DNA of 64,000 nt, taken from NCBI GenBank assembly GCA_000997385.1, contig LCBT01000003.1, positions 64,892-128,891 on the forward strand, read 5' to 3'. A program made the position numbers and the translations under genes. The notes beneath the pieces were generated by a model, which was not told the origin of the DNA, did no database searches, and saw only the letters and a list, made by a program, of their open reading frames with translations. This document shows positions 58,134-64,000 of the stretch, in pieces (the first letter of the stretch is position 1; each line of letters starts with the position of its first letter). The stretch is from Candidatus Daviesbacteria bacterium GW2011_GWA1_41_61. GTDB taxonomy: Bacteria > Patescibacteriota > Microgenomatia > Daviesbacterales > UBA10151.

Positions 58134-59148
58134 AGAAACTCTTGAAGTAGCGCATGAAGTCCCTCCGCTGATTCCTTTTCCAAGGGGGAGTCGTTTTGAG
58201 TATCTAGAATTACCAGATGGGCGCACACATCGCTTACATATTGTTTCTTTTAGAGATCCTCGACATACTGACGTAGTAGTAAGCGCATTAGCACGCGATG
58301 AGGCAATTGCTTTTCATGGATGGGGAGTGTCAGGTATGGGTTGCCGTGCTGATAATGCTTCTGATAGCCGAAAGTTTTGGCTGTATAAGGAAGGAAGACC
58401 CTTAGGCGCAAAAGTTCCTCTACTTGAGCCTCCCAAGTATGCTGTTGAGCATATTGATTGGCAGAGTGTTCATAAACAATTTCGACATCTACAGGATCCC
58501 AGGTTACTAAAAGAATTATGGGAAAACCCAATTTTGCCTTACCATCTAATTTTCCCTTATAGAAGTGAAGGTCGTACTTTAAATGAGGCAGTAGTAACTC
58601 CAGCCCATGATAAAGAAGTCGCTTCCGATGTTCCGGTGCCTACAATCTGCCTTTTCTGGACTGGGGATCCTGCCATCGATCATTTAGTAAGAAAAGTGAA
58701 GAAAGCTTGTCCAGAGGCTCAGATTGCAGTTTCTTCTTTGAACGATTCTGGTGAAACACCCTCCTTTACTACACCAGAATTGATAGCTTATTTTCAACAA
58801 AAGGGGAAAACTCACTGGACTATTATTGTAGAAGATCCTCTGTTAGAACCTTTAGACATTGCTAGTTCTCACTCTCAATTTATTGTTCCTCTAGCTGACG
58901 AAGAACCAGTCTTTGGTATTAAGCGTATAGGTAGTTTATCTCCAGGAGGATTTAGTGAGCATATTGGTTTGAAAGTTAAAATTCCAGAGAAGGTAAAAAT
59001 AGCTTCTCGTCGTGTCCCTGATGATGTAATTTTGGATGAAAAACTGTATCAAGCTGATGCATTAATACACTCTTGGCAAAAAGGGCTTTTATGGCAAGTT
59101 GCAGGAAGCTATTTTGAAGATTTGAAAGAACGCTTGCATTTAGTGTAG
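58117..59148 (+). CDS. divergent YrdC/Sua5-fold protein (tentative)
   Basis: AIAF..WGVSGMGC, K.GRP, SSLNDSGE and IKRIG motifs in YrdC order; overlaps the synthase stop. Confidence 0.5.
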   Translation: MAIVNKETLEVAHEVPPLIPFPRGSRFEYLELPDGRTHRLHIVSFRDPRHTDVVVSALARDEAIAFHGWGVSGMGCRADNASDSRKFWLYKEGRPLGAKVPLLEPPKYAVEHIDWQSVHKQFRHLQDPRLLKELWENPILPYHLIFPYRSEGRTLNEAVVTPAHDKEVASDVPVPTICLFWTGDPAIDHLVRKVKKACPEAQIAVSSLNDSGETPSFTTPELIAYFQQKGKTHWTIIVEDPLLEPLDIASSHSQFIVPLADEEPVFGIKRIGSLSPGGFSEHIGLKVKIPEKVKIASRRVPDDVILDEKLYQADALIHSWQKGLLWQVAGSYFEDLKERLHLV

Positions 59149-59160
59149 ACTAAATGCAGG

Positions 59161-60627
59161 ATGCATCTGCCTTTTTTAGGAAAAAACCCTTTACTAAAAG
59201 TAACAGTTTCAACGTCTGGAATTCGAATCCCCGTTAAAAAAGAATCCCTGGAAACACTTTGGCGTCTGGTCCAAGTAATGCTGGTTAATTTAGAATTTGA
59301 AAACGTAGCAGGAAAAGTTGTAAATAGTGCTCTTGATGAATTTGGATATTTAAAATTAGGTTATCGAATAATTGTTCTTACATTATTCAACGAATCAACT
59401 GGATTTCTTGAAAGAGTTGCAATCTCCTCGACCCCTGAAGCAAAAAAAGCATTAGAGTTAACTCCCGTAGCCTTTAAAGATATTAAAATTCCAATTCATA
59501 ACTTTGATAATCTGTGTATTAAAGCGATGAAAGATAAACAAATTTATAGGACTTACGACTGGTATGATATACTTCGCCCAGTCTACACGAAGGAGCAAGC
59601 TGAAATTGTCCAAAAAGCTGTAGGGATAAAATCAAGTATGGTTTATCCTCTTATTTTTCAAGGTAGACCCATTGGTGTGCTTATTTTTAGCATGATAAAG
59701 GATTTTAATGATGTAACAGAAGATGAGAAAGATCTTTTGAGTGGTTTTGCTGATCTAGTAGGTTTGGCAGTACGTAACTCGATATTATTTACATCGTTAA
59801 AAACGACAACAAGCCAACTCCAAGTAGCTAATACCAAACTTCAGGAGCTTGATCAGCTGAAAGATGATTTTGTGTCTGTGGCTTCCCATGAACTGAGGAC
59901 TCCTATGACTGCTATTAAATCTTACCTTTGGATGGCCTTAAAAAGGCCAGATGCTCCTTTATCTGAAAAGATGAATAAGTATTTAGATAGAGCTTATATC
60001 TCTACTGAAAGGTTAATTAATCTGGTTAATGATATGTTGAATGTTTCCCGGATTGAAGCTGGAAGTATTGAAATCAGGCCTTCTGCCTTTGCCTTGGATA
60101 AATTAACAGATGATGTTTTGGCTGAGGTTAATGCTAAAGCCTCCGAGAAATCTGTCAGCCTCCATGTCCTTCAAAGTCAAATCCCTCAAGTCTTTGCAGA
60201 CCAGGATAAAGTCCACCAGGTTTTACTTAACTTAGTTGGGAATTCTTTAAAGTTTACCCCGGAAGGGGGGTCTATCACCATCAGCTTTTTTTCCGATGGT
60301 AAAACAGTGGAAACTTCTATTAAAGACAGCGGGGTAGGGATGTCCAAAGATGATCTGTCCAGGTTATTCCAAAAGTTTGGCAGGTTGGATAACTCTTATG
60401 TGGCTGCTGCTACCTCTGGCGGTACAGGGCTGGGACTTTTTATCTCCAAAAGTTTGGTAGAGTTGATGGGGGGTAAAATCTGGGCTAGATCAGAAGGAGT
60501 TGGCAAGGGATCTACTTTTACCTTCTCCCTGCCTGTAGCTACCCCTGAAGTTTTATCTAAAGCAGAACAGTTCACCAAAAAAGTTACTCCAGGTGAGGTA
60601 AAAACCCTGGAACCAGTAGCTATTTAA
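59161..60627 (+). CDS. GAF-domain sensor histidine kinase
   Basis: GAF domain, SHELRTP, NLVGNSLKFT, DSGVG, GGTGLGL. Confidence 0.93.
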   Translation: MHLPFLGKNPLLKVTVSTSGIRIPVKKESLETLWRLVQVMLVNLEFENVAGKVVNSALDEFGYLKLGYRIIVLTLFNESTGFLERVAISSTPEAKKALELTPVAFKDIKIPIHNFDNLCIKAMKDKQIYRTYDWYDILRPVYTKEQAEIVQKAVGIKSSMVYPLIFQGRPIGVLIFSMIKDFNDVTEDEKDLLSGFADLVGLAVRNSILFTSLKTTTSQLQVANTKLQELDQLKDDFVSVASHELRTPMTAIKSYLWMALKRPDAPLSEKMNKYLDRAYISTERLINLVNDMLNVSRIEAGSIEIRPSAFALDKLTDDVLAEVNAKASEKSVSLHVLQSQIPQVFADQDKVHQVLLNLVGNSLKFTPEGGSITISFFSDGKTVETSIKDSGVGMSKDDLSRLFQKFGRLDNSYVAAATSGGTGLGLFISKSLVELMGGKIWARSEGVGKGSTFTFSLPVATPEVLSKAEQFTKKVTPGEVKTLEPVAI

Positions 60628-60645
60628 AAATGGTATAATATATAT

Positions 60646-60834
60646 ATGACAGTTAATCAAGTAGTTCATCAAGAAAAAGGACTAGTTAAAGCCTTTAAAC
60701 GCTACCAAAAGCGTTATCTTTCTGTGGGCAAAAAACCAGATGTAGAAAAAATGCTTTCCGAAGATCTTTATTCCACTCTGCGTCTTGAAGGAGAAAAGAT
60801 CACTAAAAAGCAGGCTCGGGATCTTTTTAAATAA
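60646..60834 (+). CDS. small protein, possible Fic antitoxin
   Basis: 62 aa with STLRLEGE (S-x-x-x-E-G inhibitory-like motif); TATAAT upstream. Confidence 0.55.
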   Translation: MTVNQVVHQEKGLVKAFKRYQKRYLSVGKKPDVEKMLSEDLYSTLRLEGEKITKKQARDLFK

Positions 60835-60851
60835 ATCCCTTCTCAAATCTA

Positions 60852-61030
60852 GTGGCTAAATCAACCAGACCTAAATCTACAACATCGTATAAAGAAACTG
60901 CCTTAGGTATTATTCCACGATCCAAACTGGTTATTTTAGAAAGGGAGGGTGTAAAGAGGGCTCAGCAATATATTCTCAATTGGAAAAGCTGATCGCTCAA
61001 GCTCTTAAAGAAAGTTTGGAGAAAGTATAA
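60852..61030 (+). pseudogene. probable Fic-type toxin remnant with the centre deleted
   Basis: TSYKETALGIIPRSKLVILEREG joined out of frame to LEKLIAQALKESLEKV*. Confidence 0.45.
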
Positions 61031-61038
61031 TCTCTAAG

Positions 61039-61623
61039 ATGGATATTGAATTTGAAGCCACATTTACCAATATAGATAAAGATAAAATAAGGAAAATTTT
61101 AACCTCTATTGGGGCAAAACTTATCAGAAGTGAGTATTTGCAAAGGAGAATTGTGCTAAGTCTACCAAAAGGTCATGAGATTAAAGGGGGTTGGCTAAGA
61201 GTACGTGATGAGGGAGATAAAATCACCCTTACTTTTAAAATCGTAGACGGAGATCAAATTGAGAACCAAAAAGAGGTTTATTTGAAAATAGACGATTTCG
61301 AAAAAGCAGAGCAACTGCTTGATTTAATTGGATGTAGAAAAAGAGCTTATCAGGAAAGTAAACGAGAACTTTGGCAATTGGGGGGTGTTGAAATTACCAT
61401 TGATGAATGGCCCTTCTTAGAGCCTTATGTTGAGATTGAGGGCAAGTCAAAAGAGTCTGTGGAAGAAGTAGCAAGTAAAATGGAGTTGGATTTTAGTAAG
61501 GCACTATTTTGTGCTGTAGACAAGTTATATGCTCTAAGATATAACATCTCGGAAGACGTAATAAATAATCAAGTTCCAGAGTTAAAATTTGACAGCAAGA
61601 ACCCTTTTTTAAAAGAAGACTAA
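61039..61623 (+). CDS. CYTH domain protein
   Basis: ExE N-terminus, WLRVRDEG..TLTFK, KRE and YVEIEG motifs. Confidence 0.88.
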   Translation: MDIEFEATFTNIDKDKIRKILTSIGAKLIRSEYLQRRIVLSLPKGHEIKGGWLRVRDEGDKITLTFKIVDGDQIENQKEVYLKIDDFEKAEQLLDLIGCRKRAYQESKRELWQLGGVEITIDEWPFLEPYVEIEGKSKESVEEVASKMELDFSKALFCAVDKLYALRYNISEDVINNQVPELKFDSKNPFLKED

Positions 61624-61739
61624 ACTTAAGTCAGCAGTTTTATAATGGGATGATGGAAGAGCCATGGAAAATATTGTTATACAAGACTTCAGAAGGTGGT
61701 GAGGTTGTTGCATTTTCAAGATTGTGATAAGTTTTAAAT

Positions 61740-62000
61740 ATGAGCAAAAAAGCATTTATCATTATCCTGATATTAAGTATTGCCGTATTTATAACCTCTG
61801 GCTTAATATAATTTATAAGTTCATTTAATATTTATGATACGTGTATGTATACAGGTCTTCCGCTTAACCTATGCTTAGATCAAACTCTAAGTTTTAAAGC
61901 AATATTAATAACCATCATCAATATTGCTTTTTGGTTTGCAATTATTTTTCTTCTATGGAAAGTAATCTTAAAACTATTAAAAAAACCTGCTAAACAATAA
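61740..62000 (+). pseudogene. small membrane protein with an internal TAA
   Basis: MSKKAFIIIL...GLI*FISS...TGLP...NIAFWF...KQ* in one frame. Confidence 0.5.
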
Positions 62001-62250
62001 TTAATTTTTTTGGTCGTGGGCCACTAAGACCATCTTTTCCATTGTCCCAATATTACCAGCATTATCCTCTGCTATAGCCTTGATTTTATATGTCCTCCCA
62101 TCAGTATCATTACCATTCCTCCAGGCTTCCAAAGGAACAACTTGATTAAAATCATTAAAGGTGAAGTTAAAAATGTTGTATTCATCATTAACCAGTAAAC
62201 TTTTAGTGGCTATTCCTGAAATGGTGTCACTAGAGCTCCCAGAGGTGGTG
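62001..62250 (-). pseudogene. orphan C-terminal tail of an Ig-like surface protein
   Basis: NDEY...LEAWRNGNDTDGRTYKI.A.AED.AGN...VLVAHDQKN*; homologous to 62928-63152. Confidence 0.65.
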
Positions 62251-62278
62251 TTAATAAATAGAAGTTCTTAAAAACAAC

Positions 62279-62905
62279 TTATTCCTCATAGAATTGTTTA
62301 TCTAATGTTACCTGGCCAGTTTTATCATCATATTTGTATCTTTTACCACTAAATTCACTTTTTAACGGGTTAGTAATTTCTACAAAAATATACTCGTCTG
62401 AACCAGACCAATAATTAGAATCGGTAACCTTGGGGTCTATAGAAACATTTTTTGCAATTAATCGTGCTACTTTGATGCTTTGGTTTTTATTATCAAAGAT
62501 ATAGACTCCTCTTGGTTTAAAATCCTCTTCTTGGTAAGCACCTCCACCTCGACCCACCAGCTCAAGTAAAAAAGCTAGTTTATTACAATCTTTTGTCCAT
62601 GCAAGAGGAGAAAGATCGTAAGTAGCTTCACCTGGTGGTACCACACCTTTTTTATAAGTTTCTTTTTTAAGATTTTCTGGGAGGAATGACCAGAGGTCCA
62701 GATCTTTATTGCATTTAGCTAAAATTGGATCAATGTCCTCTTTTGGTGTAGAAACAGTAGGGGTAACAAGCACCTCTTTTGTCTTATTTGTAGAGGGAAC
62801 ACCAAGGGTTTGAGGTTTATAAAAATAGTACACACTACCGATTGCTCCAGTTAAGATTACTAGTCCAACAATAAGTAACAGATAAGTAAAACCTTTTTGA
62901 TTCAT
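62279..62905 (-). CDS. membrane-anchored protein with a pilin-like N-terminus
   Basis: MNQKGFTYLLLIVG class III signal-like start. Confidence 0.65.
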   Translation of the reverse strand: MNQKGFTYLLLIVGLVILTGAIGSVYYFYKPQTLGVPSTNKTKEVLVTPTVSTPKEDIDPILAKCNKDLDLWSFLPENLKKETYKKGVVPPGEATYDLSPLAWTKDCNKLAFLLELVGRGGGAYQEEDFKPRGVYIFDNKNQSIKVARLIAKNVSIDPKVTDSNYWSGSDEYIFVEITNPLKSEFSGKRYKYDDKTGQVTLDKQFYEE

Positions 62906-62927
62906 CTTTAATTAATAGATCTTTTGC

Positions 62928-63152
62928 CTATCTTTTATCCTCATCATGAGGGACTACAACAGTCACAACTCCTTTTTTAATATTACCTTCCAGATTTTGG
63001 GTTAGTGTTTTAATTGTATACTGTCTGCCATCCAAATCGCTACCATCTCTTTTGGCTTGCAAGCTGATAACCTGCCTAAAATCACTTAAAACAGGTTCAA
63101 TTAAATGATATTCATCTTCTATCTTAAAGTATCTTAGAAGTAGGTTCTCCAA
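62928..63152 (-). pseudogene. orphan C-terminal tail of an Ig-like surface protein (second allele)
   Basis: EDEY...LQAKRDGSDLDGRQYTI...GN...VVVPHDEDKR. Confidence 0.6.
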
Positions 63153-63154
63153 AA

Positions 63155-64000
63155 TTATCTAGTACCCCAGTGTGTTCTATTAATAGTTAGTATTGCCCAA
63201 ACCCTATTTGGGATTAAAAGAAATATATGCATCAATGCATATATCGGGAAGATAAAGAACTCCCTATTTCCGGTACGATAATATCCGTATAATGACCGAA
63301 GAAAGGCTACCCCTAGAAGTAAAGACATATAATTCAAGATTAGATGTGTCTCTCCTAAAATTATTACCTGGTAAAGCATTACTAAAAGAGCAAAAGTTAG
63401 TAAAAAGGGTAAAATAGCTGAAATTATTAGGTCGTAAGCCATAAATGGATGGTGTTTAGGGAGATATTTTATGGTCCAGAAAAACTCCCTGTAAAAACTT
63501 TTATTCCATCGGTTTTGCTGTTTTAAATATCTTTTTAATGTGTTGGGGACATGGGTATAGGACTTTGCATGTTTGTTAAAAACAACTTTATAGCCCTGTT
63601 CTAAAATTAAATTAGTAAGGTGCCTATCGTCTCCAAAGGTGCAACTCTTCCCTAGAAAACACTGTGAGACGTATTTTTCTTTCACATTTTCAATCAGGCT
63701 TTTCCGGTAAGCAGCAAAGGGACCAGAACAACACATTACAACTCCAAAAAAACTTTGAGCTGCTCTTTCTTGATGAAAGGCTGTCCAATATCTTAGTTCA
63801 ATTAATTTCGTGAGAATATTGTCATAACGATTTATTACAGTTACATTTCCTGTTGCTGCTCCTATTGTCGGATCCTTAAATGATTCCACTAAATTTTTTA
63901 CGCCATAAGGAACATCTATAACTGTATCTGAATCAACAGTAACAACAATCTCTCCGTGACACTGATCAAAACCAATCTTTTGGACGTGACGTTTACCTAC
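63155..64000 (-). CDS. GT2 processive glycosyltransferase (hyaluronan synthase/NodC-like), runs off window end
   Basis: VDSDT, CCSGP, GDDRHLT and QQNRW motifs; C-terminal TM segments. Confidence 0.9.
   Translation of the reverse strand, partial: VGKRHVQKIGFDQCHGEIVVTVDSDTVIDVPYGVKNLVESFKDPTIGAATGNVTVINRYDNILTKLIELRYWTAFHQERAAQSFFGVVMCCSGPFAAYRKSLIENVKEKYVSQCFLGKSCTFGDDRHLTNLILEQGYKVVFNKHAKSYTHVPNTLKRYLKQQNRWNKSFYREFFWTIKYLPKHHPFMAYDLIISAILPFLLTFALLVMLYQVIILGETHLILNYMSLLLGVAFLRSLYGYYRTGNREFFIFPIYALMHIFLLIPNRVWAILTINRTHWGTR

Noticed and set aside
2680-60578. Short antisense or overlapping ORFs in the track (e.g. 4576-4776, 23530-23850, 45232-45435, 49115-49315, 56154-56405)
   Set aside because: They are shadows of well-supported genes on the other strand or frame, with no motifs or ribosome-binding sites.
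1-64000. Genetic code 25 (TGA = Gly), as in Gracilibacteria/Absconditabacteria
   Set aside because: Core genes translate full length in code 11, and TGA terminates genes such as dnaB and hisS.

Overview
About 64 kb of an AT-rich, compact bacterial chromosome. Gene content and style suggest Patescibacteria (CPR), probably Microgenomates-like; this is inference. Positions 1-32.9 kb are mostly core and housekeeping genes (gdhA end, dus, P-type ATPase, a stress module, purN-purQ-purL, ychF, rpsF-ssb-rpsR, ctpA, htrA, prmC-prfA-rpmE, hisS, dnaB, tRNA-Leu(CAA), efp, lgt, dksA-like, a response regulator), plus a RAYT transposase and REP-like hairpins. Positions 33-64 kb are an accessory region. The main finding there is three parallel RiPP-like cassettes, each with a radical SAM/SPASM enzyme, a small precursor peptide and a HExxH gluzincin-like protein. 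One precursor carries five aromatic-x-Asp (triceptide-like) motifs and the other two have Cys-rich cores. The region is punctuated by four orphan, synonymously diverged copies of the 3' end of an XRE/MmyB-like regulator gene, each bordering different cargo, which suggests an integrase-free cassette array. Other oddities are two extra HisRS paralogs beside a polyprenyl synthase, a LeuA + fused LeuD-LeuC + YrdC-like cluster, and an RF1 lacking GGQ. Two exact 99-bp duplications and several internal deletions suggest assembly artefacts, so gene order needs read-level confirmation.
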